Source: Patescibacteria group bacterium (lineage in GTDB: Bacteria > Patescibacteriota > Microgenomatia > JAMCZE01). From it: 64,000 bases of DNA. Within the stretch, counting starts at the first letter, position 1, and each line of letters begins with the position of its first letter. Below the pieces are notes generated by a model. That model worked only from the letters and a program-made list of their open reading frames with translations. It had not been told where the DNA came from and did no database searches. Location: assembly GCA_023485845.1 (NCBI GenBank), contig JAMCZE010000001.1, positions 62,456-126,455 of the forward strand, written 5' to 3'. A program made the position numbers and the translations under genes. Below, piece after piece: positions 48,353-57,322 of this stretch.

Positions 48353-49512
48353 AAATTTTCTACGTTACTAATCTTAGGTTACCCAATGAGCGGGGAGTTT
48401 CTTTCGGCGTGGTGACAATGTGTAAGGCTCTGTCCCAGGCTGGGAATGAGGTGGAACTAATTGCCCCAAATCAAGATCAACCCTCAACAATGAAAGGAGA
48501 AACAATTTGGCACTACCACCAAATTGACCCAAAGACATTCACTCTCACCAAGTTGTCTTTCTGGGATATTTCGGTGCCGCACTTACATAATCTGGCATTG
48601 AATTGGAGCTTTGGATTGAAAGTAATCATCTACCTTCTTAAAAAGAAAGCAGAAGTGGTTCATTTATTTAATGACACTAGAGAAATCCTATTTCTCTTGA
48701 AATTAATTTCCTGGTTCTACCACCCCTTTGTCATTTTTGAGCTTCATATCTTGCCAATTGGTAGGTATGAAAAAATAATAGAAGACTTAGCGATTAAAAG
48801 AGTTGATCTGTTGTTAGTAACTACTAATAGATTTGCGAAGTACTACCAAGACCATAATTTTGAAAAAGGGAAAATTCTTGTTTTCCCAAATGGAATTGAT
48901 CTTAGTGAGTTTGACTACGGAACATCAAAGAAAAAATTGCGCAGCGAGTTGAATCTGCCGCAGGATGCATTTATTGTCGGCTATGCCGGTCGGTTTGTGA
49001 CCATGGGGATGGAGAAGGGGATTCCGGAGTTAATTATTGCAGGCAAGTCCTTAAAAGCAAGATTTCCCAATATTCAACTTGTCTGTGTTGGGGGGCCGGA
49101 GGAGTACGTCGCAAGATATAAGCAGCTTGATGAAGGGGCTATCTTTATTGGTAATGTTCCCAGAAAAACTCTCTATAAATATATGCGTGCCTTTGATGTT
49201 TGTGCCATGCCCTTCCCTTGGACAGAACATTTTGCCTATAATATGTCTCCATTGAAAATGTTTGAGTATATGGCTAGTAAAAATCCTATTATTGCCACAA
49301 AGTTGCCGTCTTTCGGAGAAATATTAGCTGACCATAAAAATGCTTTACTGTCCAAACCGGGAAGCTGGAAAAGTATTGCCTGGAACATAGAAGAATTAAT
49401 CAGAGATAAACGTCTTTGTAATAAACTTTCTGGAGCGGCCTTTACAGAAGTAACACAGAAATACACTTGGGAAAAAAGAGCCGATAGCGAGGTTGCCCGC
49501 ATTATTCTATAA
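48349..49512 (+). CDS. GT4 glycosyltransferase
   Basis: RLP, ELH, PNGID, EKG, SPLKMFEYMAS. Paralog of 47243. Confidence 0.88.
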   Translation: MKIFYVTNLRLPNERGVSFGVVTMCKALSQAGNEVELIAPNQDQPSTMKGETIWHYHQIDPKTFTLTKLSFWDISVPHLHNLALNWSFGLKVIIYLLKKKAEVVHLFNDTREILFLLKLISWFYHPFVIFELHILPIGRYEKIIEDLAIKRVDLLLVTTNRFAKYYQDHNFEKGKILVFPNGIDLSEFDYGTSKKKLRSELNLPQDAFIVGYAGRFVTMGMEKGIPELIIAGKSLKARFPNIQLVCVGGPEEYVARYKQLDEGAIFIGNVPRKTLYKYMRAFDVCAMPFPWTEHFAYNMSPLKMFEYMASKNPIIATKLPSFGEILADHKNALLSKPGSWKSIAWNIEELIRDKRLCNKLSGAAFTEVTQKYTWEKRADSEVARIIL

Positions 49513-49520
49513 TCAAATTT

Positions 49521-50345
49521 ATGACGAAGGAAATAGTAATAAAGCCCAACGGGTCTTTTTTAGATGTTGATCTTCGAGAAATCTGGCGATATCGAGAGCT
49601 TTTTTATATTTTTGCGTGGCGGGATATCAAATTACGATATAAACAGACTGTGTTGGGTATAATTTGGGTTCTTTTTCAACCATTGGTCTCCACCGGTATT
49701 TTTAGTATCTTTTTTGGAAAGATTGCAAAAATCCCCTCTGACAATTTACCATACCCCCTTTTTGTGCTCGCCGGGCTGGTGATTTGGAATTTTTTTTCTA
49801 GCGCATTATCGGCATCAAGCCAAAGTTTGATCGGAAACGAAGGAATAATTAAAAAAGTATATTTTCCCAGACTAATTCTTCCGATTTCCTCGGTTGTCAC
49901 CGCCGGTGTTGATTTTTTTATAACATTTCTGGTTCTTTTGGTTGCTGTTGTTTATTTTGGTTACCTTCCTAGTCTATTAATCCTACCGGTTCTCCCGGTT
50001 CTATTAATAATCACGATTCTTATGGCCTCTGGTCTTGGAATGTTTATGGCATCGCTCAATGTTAAATATCGGGATGTGCGATTTATTCTGCCTTTTTTTA
50101 TTCAGATTGGACTCTTTGTTACGCCGGTAATTTATCCCCTATCGATAATTTATGATTGGAGGAAATGGTTTTTGATCATTAATCCCCTGACAGGAGTTAT
50201 TGAAACACTACGAGCATTAATAGTTGGCAGAGCGCAACCTGATTTTAGTTTGTTGATTATCGGTCTAATTGTGTCAATTCCGGTTTTTTGTTTCGGGCTT
50301 TTTTATTTTCGGCGAACTGAAGCCTATTTTGCCGATATTGCGTGA
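49521..50345 (+). CDS. wzm: ABC-2 polysaccharide export permease
   Basis: RDIKLRYKQT.LG..W, KKVYFPR, YRD, TPVIYP, NP, FADI. Confidence 0.95.
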   Translation: MTKEIVIKPNGSFLDVDLREIWRYRELFYIFAWRDIKLRYKQTVLGIIWVLFQPLVSTGIFSIFFGKIAKIPSDNLPYPLFVLAGLVIWNFFSSALSASSQSLIGNEGIIKKVYFPRLILPISSVVTAGVDFFITFLVLLVAVVYFGYLPSLLILPVLPVLLIITILMASGLGMFMASLNVKYRDVRFILPFFIQIGLFVTPVIYPLSIIYDWRKWFLIINPLTGVIETLRALIVGRAQPDFSLLIIGLIVSIPVFCFGLFYFRRTEAYFADIA

Positions 50346-50351
50346 GTGCTT

Positions 50352-51575
50352 ATGGATTCAATAGTCGAGGTTAATAAACTATCCAAAAAGTATCGCCTTG
50401 GCGGTCAGCAGCCATATCTGACCCTTAGGGATACCCTGGCGGAACTTGTCCGTCACCCAATTATCAAGAGGGACAATCATGAATTTTGGGCCCTTAGGGA
50501 TGTTACTTTCCGGGTTGCTCCCGGAGAGGTGGTTGGGATTATCGGGCGTAATGGAGCCGGTAAGAGCACTTTGTTAAAAATAATCAGCCGCATCACTTGC
50601 CCAACTGCGGGGGATGTGAGGTTACAAGGCAACGTCTCCAGCTTGCTAGAGGTTGGCACCGGTTTCAGCCCCGAGTTAACAGGCCGGGAGAATATCTTTC
50701 TTAACGGAGCAATATTAGGAATGAGCCGGTCAGAAATCAGGCGCCGCTTTGACGCCATCGTTGATTTTGCCGAGACAGAAAAATTTCTTGATACACCAGT
50801 TAAATATTATTCCTCGGGGATGTATATGCGCCTGGCATTTTCCGTGGCTGCCCATCTGGAGCCAGATATTTTACTAGTCGATGAAGTGCTTGCAGTCGGT
50901 GATGCTGAATTCCAAAAAAAATGCTTAGGGAAGATGGAGGAGGTTCGTAATAGGCAGGGGCGAACGATTCTTTTTGTCAGTCATAATATGAAAACAATTG
51001 AGCAGCTGTGCAGCCGGTGTTTGCTTATTGACAAGGGAAAGATTGTTATGGATGGTGACAGCCAAAAAGTGATCAGTCATTATCTTAACAAACAAAAGAT
51101 TCAAAGTTCGGCAATGCTTTTCCCAGTTGATAAAAACAAAATCGCGCAAATAACAAAAATTGCTATTTTAAATTCCAAATATCAGTCCCGGTCGGAAGTG
51201 CCCATCAGTGAAGATTTTTACATTAATATTGAGATGAGAGTCAACCATAGGGTTAAGAAAGCATTAATAAGTATTTATTTTTATTCCCAAGGTGACTTAC
51301 TACTATTTTCAACGGAGGGCGATCATAGCGGACAATTGCTTAGTTATCCTGCTGGAAAATACAAAACCATGGTCAGAATTCCTGCGTTTTTATTTGAATC
51401 GGGTAATTATACTATCGATGTGGCCATTCAAAATCCGGGAGTGGAAATTATTGATAAGGTATCTGAAATTGGCTTCGAAGTTCTTAACCAAGATAATCCC
51501 CGAAGTCTTCTGATAAATGGCGTCGCTCATGATAAAATAGCCGTCATCTTAGACTATGAGACGAAAAAATCTTAA
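50352..51575 (+). CDS. wzt: ABC polysaccharide export ATPase with C-terminal domain
   Basis: FWAL, GRNGAGKST, LTGREN, YSSGM, DEVLAVGD, plus about 150-aa C-terminal domain. Confidence 0.95.
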   Translation: MDSIVEVNKLSKKYRLGGQQPYLTLRDTLAELVRHPIIKRDNHEFWALRDVTFRVAPGEVVGIIGRNGAGKSTLLKIISRITCPTAGDVRLQGNVSSLLEVGTGFSPELTGRENIFLNGAILGMSRSEIRRRFDAIVDFAETEKFLDTPVKYYSSGMYMRLAFSVAAHLEPDILLVDEVLAVGDAEFQKKCLGKMEEVRNRQGRTILFVSHNMKTIEQLCSRCLLIDKGKIVMDGDSQKVISHYLNKQKIQSSAMLFPVDKNKIAQITKIAILNSKYQSRSEVPISEDFYINIEMRVNHRVKKALISIYFYSQGDLLLFSTEGDHSGQLLSYPAGKYKTMVRIPAFLFESGNYTIDVAIQNPGVEIIDKVSEIGFEVLNQDNPRSLLINGVAHDKIAVILDYETKKS

Positions 51576-52332
51576 TAATCTTCGCAAAACAATCGTTGAG
51601 GCTGCATTTCACAGTGGGGAGGGGCATATCCCCAGCGCCCTTTCAATCCTGGATATACTCTGGGTTCTTTATGGTGGGGTTCTCAATGTCAGTCCTAAAA
51701 GTTGCCAAAGCATTTCTCGTGATAGATTTATCCTCAGTAAGGGGCAAGCATCGCTGGGTTTATACGCTATTCTTTCAGAAAAAAAGTTTTTTCCCAAAAG
51801 AGAGTTTAAAAAATTTGGCAGTTATGGGGGTATATTAGGTGGCCATCCGGATATGAACAAAATTCCGGGAGTGGAAGCATCCACTGGCTCGCTTGGACAT
51901 GGTTTCCCTATGGCTGCTGGAGTCTCCCTTGGTTTAAAAATTCAGCATATTAATGCAAAGGTTTATGTTCTTATCGGTGACGGAGAGTGTAATGAGGGGT
52001 CTGTTTGGGAAACCGCGTTAATTGCAGCCCATCACAAATTAGACAATCTTTGCTGTATTATTGACCACAACCACTCCACTGATAGGGCCTTAAAAGTTGA
52101 CGACTTAGAGGAAAAATTTAGATCATTTAACTGGAAATCATTGAGCGTTAATGGCCATGACCAGCTAGAGATTAAGAAGGCTTTAATGACGAAACATCCT
52201 GGGAAGCCATTGGCAATCGTGGCTAACACTATAAAAGGTCACGGCATCAAAATCATGGAAAATAATCCCGCTTGGCATCATAAAGCGCCGACCCGGGAGG
52301 AACTTAGTCAAATCTTACAGGAGCTAATCTAG
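51556..52332 (+). CDS. Transketolase N-terminal (TPP-binding) subunit
   Basis: GH, DRFILSKG, GHP, STGSLGHG, GDGECNEG..WE, KG.G, WHH. Confidence 0.92.
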   Translation: MRRKNLNNLRKTIVEAAFHSGEGHIPSALSILDILWVLYGGVLNVSPKSCQSISRDRFILSKGQASLGLYAILSEKKFFPKREFKKFGSYGGILGGHPDMNKIPGVEASTGSLGHGFPMAAGVSLGLKIQHINAKVYVLIGDGECNEGSVWETALIAAHHKLDNLCCIIDHNHSTDRALKVDDLEEKFRSFNWKSLSVNGHDQLEIKKALMTKHPGKPLAIVANTIKGHGIKIMENNPAWHHKAPTREELSQILQELI

Positions 52333-52333
52333 T

Positions 52334-53212
52334 ATGAGAAAGCAGTTTGTGACCACAGTTGAAGATATCATTGCCAATGACCAGAAAACGGTTCTTATGT
52401 TGGGTGATATTGGTGTCTTCGGTTTTCGCCGATCATTTGAGCTTTATCCCAGTCGGGTCTATAACATCGGAATTTTAGAACAAGCCACTATCAGTATGGC
52501 GGCTGGTCTGAATATGACTGGATTAACACCGATTGTTCATACGATCGCCACGTTCATTACGGAAAGGTGTTTTGAACAGATCAAAGATGATTTTGGATAC
52601 CAAAAACTGAACGGAAATATTGTTAGTGTTGGCGGATCTTATGATTATGCTGCACTCGGATGCACGCACCATGCCCCGGACGATGTTCCAATTCTTATGA
52701 ATATCCCCACTGTCCAGGTGGTTGTTCCCGGGACAGCAGGGGATTTTGATAGCCTCTTTAGACAATCATATTCAAATCGTGGCTTAAGGTATTATCGTTT
52801 AAGCGAAAGAGAAAATGAATTTCGTGTTCCGGTTAAATTTGGTAAGGCAAACGTTATAAAATTAGGGAGAAAAGCTACAGTTATTGCTGTGGGCCCGCTT
52901 CTTGATAAGGCTTTGGTGGCAGTAAAAAATCTAGATGTGACAGTTATCTATTTGACAACAGTGCGACCTCTGGATACGAAGACAATAACAGCTAATCTTT
53001 CTTCCGGTAAATTACTAATTTGTGAGCCTTACTATAGCGGTTCAATTACTCAGGAAATTATGTCCGCATTCAAAGGTACGCTGAGGATAGATCACCTAGG
53101 CGTGCCAAAAAAGTTCCTTGTAAATTATGGGACAGCCAAAGATCACGATCGACACATGGGTTTTACGGAAAAAGAAATAAATAGGCGGGTGAAGGAGCTT
53201 ATTCATGAATAG
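52334..53212 (+). CDS. Transketolase C-terminal subunit
   Basis: NIGILEQ, ER..EQ, G.THH, Y.RL. Confidence 0.9.
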   Translation: MRKQFVTTVEDIIANDQKTVLMLGDIGVFGFRRSFELYPSRVYNIGILEQATISMAAGLNMTGLTPIVHTIATFITERCFEQIKDDFGYQKLNGNIVSVGGSYDYAALGCTHHAPDDVPILMNIPTVQVVVPGTAGDFDSLFRQSYSNRGLRYYRLSERENEFRVPVKFGKANVIKLGRKATVIAVGPLLDKALVAVKNLDVTVIYLTTVRPLDTKTITANLSSGKLLICEPYYSGSITQEIMSAFKGTLRIDHLGVPKKFLVNYGTAKDHDRHMGFTEKEINRRVKELIHE

Positions 53213-54224
53213 GTTAGCGGCCAAAATGCTAGATGAGGCTAAGACGGTACATCGTCAAGTTCGCCTCACCGAACTAAAAGGAAAAACAGTCTTACTGACT
53301 GGGGCATCTGGCATGATTGGTAGCGCTTTTCTTGCTTCAATGAAAGGCATGGTTGGAAGAGTGATAATTGTCTCTAAAACAAGCTTTCCTAATTATTTTA
53401 ATGACTTGGTTAATGCAAAGAGAACATTAATGTTGGTTGGTGATTTAACAGATCAAGGCTTTTATAAGCAGTTGCCAAGAGCAGATTATATTATTCACTG
53501 CGCCGGGTATGCCCAGCCACAAAAGTTTTTGAGCGATCCCATTTCCACCATAACTTTAAATACCTGGACGGTGGTTAAATTAATGGAAAAACTTAATCCC
53601 GACGGGAAATTCCTGTTTATTAGCAGCAGCGAAATTTATAGTGGTTTAGATCATCCTCCATACAAAGAGGAACAAATAGGAACGACTAGTCCCATGCACC
53701 CCCGTTCGTGCTATATTGAGTCAAAGCGGTGTGGCGAAGCAATCTGTATGGCTTATAGACAAAAAGGTTTGGACGTTAAGATAGCTCGGGCGTCTCTGGT
53801 ATACGGGCCGGGAACCAGACTAGGAGACAAAAGAGTTCTTAATAGTTTCATTGAGAAGGGGCTAAATGGGAAAATTGATTTACTAGACACCGGCAAATCA
53901 AGGCGGACTTATTGTTATATATCAGATGCTGTGAGCTTAATGTGGAAAATTCTTCTCAAGGGGGAACAGCCGGTTTATAATGTTGGCGGAAAATCAAAGA
54001 TAACCATCGGACGGCTGGCTAAGAAAATTGGTCGTAATCTTGGTGTCCCCGTGAGTTTTCCTAAGAGCTCTAGCTCGGGACTAGCAGGAGCTCCGGCGGA
54101 AGTTTATGTTAACGTAAATCGTGCGGAGAAAGAATTTGGAAAGATTAATTATGTGTCGTTCGATGAAGGACTAAGAAGGGTTATTGAATGGGAGAAACTC
54201 CTTAACTCTTATGAAGCTAAATAG
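53205..54224 (+). CDS. NAD-dependent nucleotide-sugar epimerase/dehydratase (UDP-GlcA decarboxylase-like SDR)
   Basis: TGASGMIG, SSSEIY, PRSCYIESKR, YGPG, R..CYISD. Confidence 0.85.
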   Translation: MNRLAAKMLDEAKTVHRQVRLTELKGKTVLLTGASGMIGSAFLASMKGMVGRVIIVSKTSFPNYFNDLVNAKRTLMLVGDLTDQGFYKQLPRADYIIHCAGYAQPQKFLSDPISTITLNTWTVVKLMEKLNPDGKFLFISSSEIYSGLDHPPYKEEQIGTTSPMHPRSCYIESKRCGEAICMAYRQKGLDVKIARASLVYGPGTRLGDKRVLNSFIEKGLNGKIDLLDTGKSRRTYCYISDAVSLMWKILLKGEQPVYNVGGKSKITIGRLAKKIGRNLGVPVSFPKSSSSGLAGAPAEVYVNVNRAEKEFGKINYVSFDEGLRRVIEWEKLLNSYEAK

Positions 54225-56322
54225 AAATGATAAGATATTTATTGCTGGCCATACCGGCATGGTTGGCTCTGCTATTTTGAGAGAACTTCAAAGAAGAGGC
54301 TTCAGAAACCTAATAATGGCAACACACGAGGAGCTTAATTTAGAGGATCAAGCTGCGGTAGCAAAATTTTTTGACAATCAAGAGCCAGACTATGTTTTTC
54401 TGGCTGCAGCAAAGGTTGGTGGTATTAAAGCAAATATGGAACATATGGCACAGTTCCTTTATCAAAATATTGCTATCCAAATAAATGTTATTCATCAAAG
54501 TTATCTCCATAAGGTAAAGAAGCTTTGCTTTTTAGGAAGCAATTGTGTTTATCCCAAGGACTCTCCTCAACCGATTAGAGAAAATTCACTTTTAACCGGT
54601 CCTTTTGAACCAACGAACGAAGGGTATGCCGTGGCGAAGTTAGCAGGGCTGAAAATGATTCAGTATTATCAAAAAGAATATGGTCTAAACGCGATTAGCC
54701 TGATGCCGTGCAATCTTTACGGACAAAATGATAATTTTGATCCGTCCGGGTCGCATGTCATGTCAGCCCTGGTGAAACGTTTTGTTGATGCACAAGAGGA
54801 TGGTTTGGAAGAGGTTATTAATTGGGGGACCGGTAAAGTTATCCGCGAATTTCTCCATGTTGATGACTTGGCCAAGGCGATTTTATTTCTGATGGATAAC
54901 TACAATTCTTCAGAGATTATTAATATCGGAACCGGAAAAGGAGTTTCGATTGAAGAATTAACTAATTTAATTTCTAAAGCAGCAGGTTATAAAGGAGTAA
55001 TAAAATGGGATACTACTAAGCCTGACGGCATGCCGAAGAAGTTGCTTGATGTCACTAAGCTATTTAGTCTTGGTTATAAGCCGGAAATTTCTCTCGAAGA
55101 TGGCATAAAAGAACACGTGGCATATTATCGTAAGATAAAAAAAAGGAATATTCCCTTAATTAGAAACGCTTTTGCCCACGAACAGGAAACCCGTAAGGCT
55201 TTAGCAGATTTTATTCTCAAGACTAAAATGCTGAGTATGAGTGATCAGTGTTTTGAATTTGAGAAGCAATTCGCAAAATATCAGGGAAGAAATGAGGCAG
55301 TGTTTTTTAACAGCGGCAGTAGTGCGAATCTAGCAGTCCTCCAATCGCTGATTAATATGGGTAGATTAAGAAGGGGTGATAGGGTCGGTTTCTCGGCCTT
55401 GACCTGGTCCACGGATGTCATGCCGATGATTCAGCTTGGCTTGCAACCGGTCCCGGTTGATTGCGAACCTAATACTTTAAATAGTATGCCTAAGAATTTA
55501 CTTGATTGTCTTAAAACCACTTCGCTGAAGGCTTTTTTTATAACTAACGTTTTAGGATTTACCTCTTCTTTAGAGAAGATAAAAGATATTTGTCAAAAGA
55601 GGAAGATAATTTTACTGGAAGATAATTGTGAATCATTAGGAACAGAGTTACCTGGTGGGAAGGCGGGAAATTTTGGATTAGCTTCAACTTTTTCTTTTTA
55701 TGTGGCCCACCATCTGTCCACTATTGAAGGGGGAATGGTGACAACAAACGATGTTGATTTAGCGGAAATGTTAAGAATTGTTCGGGCTCATGGTTGGGAT
55801 AGAAACCTACGCCCGGAACAGCAAAGCAACTGGAGAAAGAAGTATCAGATTGTGGATGAATTTGAGGCAAAGTATAGTTTTTATGACCTGGGGTTTAATT
55901 TTCGACCGACGGAAATAAATGGTTTTATTGGACTTTATCAACTTTCGTATATCGAAGATATTATCAATAAGAGAGAAAGTAATTTTTTGAGACTCGAAAA
56001 AGCTGCCCGTAAGAATAAGGATTTAATTTTTCTTGACCATTCTCACATTAAAAGATTGTCTAACTTTGCCTTTCCGGTTATCTGTAAAACAAAAGAATTG
56101 AAAGAAAAATATTTGAAAAAATTTCAGGATGCCGGAGTAGATGCTAGGCCGATAATCACCGGCAACATTCAGCGCCAGCCTTTCTTTGGTAAATATGTCA
56201 AGAGAAAATATTCTCTGCCCGGAGCTGATTTTATCCACGATAATGGCTTCTATTTCGGTAATTACCCGGAACTTAAAGATTCAGAACTAGAAGTATTAAC
56301 TGAGTGTTTGAGAAGGGTCTAA
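54211..56322 (+). CDS. Fusion: Fcl/ColC-like epimerase-reductase + ColD-like GDP-4-keto-6-deoxymannose 3-dehydratase
   Basis: ATG 54211. N part: GHTGMVG, AAKVGGI, SNCVYP, YAVAK, SHV, REFLHVDD, KPDG. C part: NSGSSAN, EDNCESLG, SFYVAHHLSTIEGG, RAHGW. Confidence 0.88.
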   Translation: MKLNRNDKIFIAGHTGMVGSAILRELQRRGFRNLIMATHEELNLEDQAAVAKFFDNQEPDYVFLAAAKVGGIKANMEHMAQFLYQNIAIQINVIHQSYLHKVKKLCFLGSNCVYPKDSPQPIRENSLLTGPFEPTNEGYAVAKLAGLKMIQYYQKEYGLNAISLMPCNLYGQNDNFDPSGSHVMSALVKRFVDAQEDGLEEVINWGTGKVIREFLHVDDLAKAILFLMDNYNSSEIINIGTGKGVSIEELTNLISKAAGYKGVIKWDTTKPDGMPKKLLDVTKLFSLGYKPEISLEDGIKEHVAYYRKIKKRNIPLIRNAFAHEQETRKALADFILKTKMLSMSDQCFEFEKQFAKYQGRNEAVFFNSGSSANLAVLQSLINMGRLRRGDRVGFSALTWSTDVMPMIQLGLQPVPVDCEPNTLNSMPKNLLDCLKTTSLKAFFITNVLGFTSSLEKIKDICQKRKIILLEDNCESLGTELPGGKAGNFGLASTFSFYVAHHLSTIEGGMVTTNDVDLAEMLRIVRAHGWDRNLRPEQQSNWRKKYQIVDEFEAKYSFYDLGFNFRPTEINGFIGLYQLSYIEDIINKRESNFLRLEKAARKNKDLIFLDHSHIKRLSNFAFPVICKTKELKEKYLKKFQDAGVDARPIITGNIQRQPFFGKYVKRKYSLPGADFIHDNGFYFGNYPELKDSELEVLTECLRRV

Positions 56323-56380
56323 ACGGGGTCAGCTAATGATGTTTTCATAGTCTGACGACTTTATGCCGGGGTTTCTGTAC

Positions 56381-56409
56381 TTGTCAAACCGTTAGGAGTA
56401 AAATATAGT
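56381..56409 (+). promoter_or_regulatory. Possible sigma70 promoter
   Basis: TTGTCA-17 nt-TATAGT; alternative TAAAAT 6 nt before ATG 56411. Lies in the only long intergenic gap. Confidence 0.4.
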
Positions 56410-56410
56410 A

Positions 56411-57322
56411 ATGTTAGGCGCTGAGACTGCTACAGAACGAAAAGAGGGAATTGACCCCAGATCGATTGCCATTTGTGCTGCCACGTTTTACAAAACCTGG
56501 ATGCCAGGGGAGAGAACAGCTCCTAATATTGATATTGACCGCGGCGACGCTTCCTTACAAGCTTTTGAATTAGCCCAAAGGGCTGGGTATCAAATGGTGG
56601 TGGTGGATGGTGGTAGTTCGGACGCCTATTTAAACGAGGCTAGGGAGCGCGGTGTTTTATTACTGTCCCAACAGGAAAAGAGTATTTCATCAGCAAAAAG
56701 GCAAGCGTTCAAAGCCGCTCAAGAATCAAAGGGCTGTCGGTTTATTATCCTAATTCAGCCGGAAAAAGACTCCATTATTAAGGATGTGCCACAAATTATT
56801 CGACCGATTTATTCCGATGGAGCAGATGTTGTCGTTGCTAGTCGAGATCCGATTCTTTTTAGAGACACATACCCGTCTTTCCAATATGAATCAGAGAATT
56901 GGGCGAATAGACAATGTAATAGAATTGCTCATCTGATGAAAATTCTTCCACTCGGCGCAAATTTAGATTGGTTTTTTGGGGTAAAAGTCTTTAGAAACAC
57001 CCCAGAGATTGTGGCCTTATTTGTGAGAAAATTTCAGATTACTGACGAATCTTATGCTAAAAAGAATAATCTTGACCCGGAAAGATACTTTGATGTGGAC
57101 TTCTTTCCGATAGTTGAGGCTTTGCGAATTGGGAAAAGGGTTGTGGATGTTCAAGTTCCCTTTGAATATCCCAGGCCACAAAAAGAAATGGAGGAGACTT
57201 TACAAGAGAAATTTGTAGAAAAAAGACGACTTCAAAGAAGAAGCATCTTAACCGAATACGTCCAGTATTTTCGACTCTTAACAAAAAGCCAAAAGAATAA
57301 ATTGATGGAGTCAGAGGCATGA
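56411..57322 (+). CDS. Atypical GT-A fold (GT2-like) protein
   Basis: VVVDGGSS, ADVVVASR, VPFEYP. DxD position reads QPEK. Confidence 0.55.
   Translation: MLGAETATERKEGIDPRSIAICAATFYKTWMPGERTAPNIDIDRGDASLQAFELAQRAGYQMVVVDGGSSDAYLNEARERGVLLLSQQEKSISSAKRQAFKAAQESKGCRFIILIQPEKDSIIKDVPQIIRPIYSDGADVVVASRDPILFRDTYPSFQYESENWANRQCNRIAHLMKILPLGANLDWFFGVKVFRNTPEIVALFVRKFQITDESYAKKNNLDPERYFDVDFFPIVEALRIGKRVVDVQVPFEYPRPQKEMEETLQEKFVEKRRLQRRSILTEYVQYFRLLTKSQKNKLMESEA

Noticed and set aside
55140-56322. RfbH/E1 CDP-sugar 3-dehydrase or DegT aminotransferase call
   Set aside because: Lacks the Cys-rich Fe-S motif of E1 and the catalytic Lys of DegT; RAHGW and the Fcl-like partner fit ColD.
56328-56356. 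Imperfect hairpin GTCAG..CTGAC containing GCTAATGA, considered as terminator or fluoride riboswitch
   Set aside because: No U-tract after the stem, the 5' riboswitch elements are missing, and the gene context does not fit.
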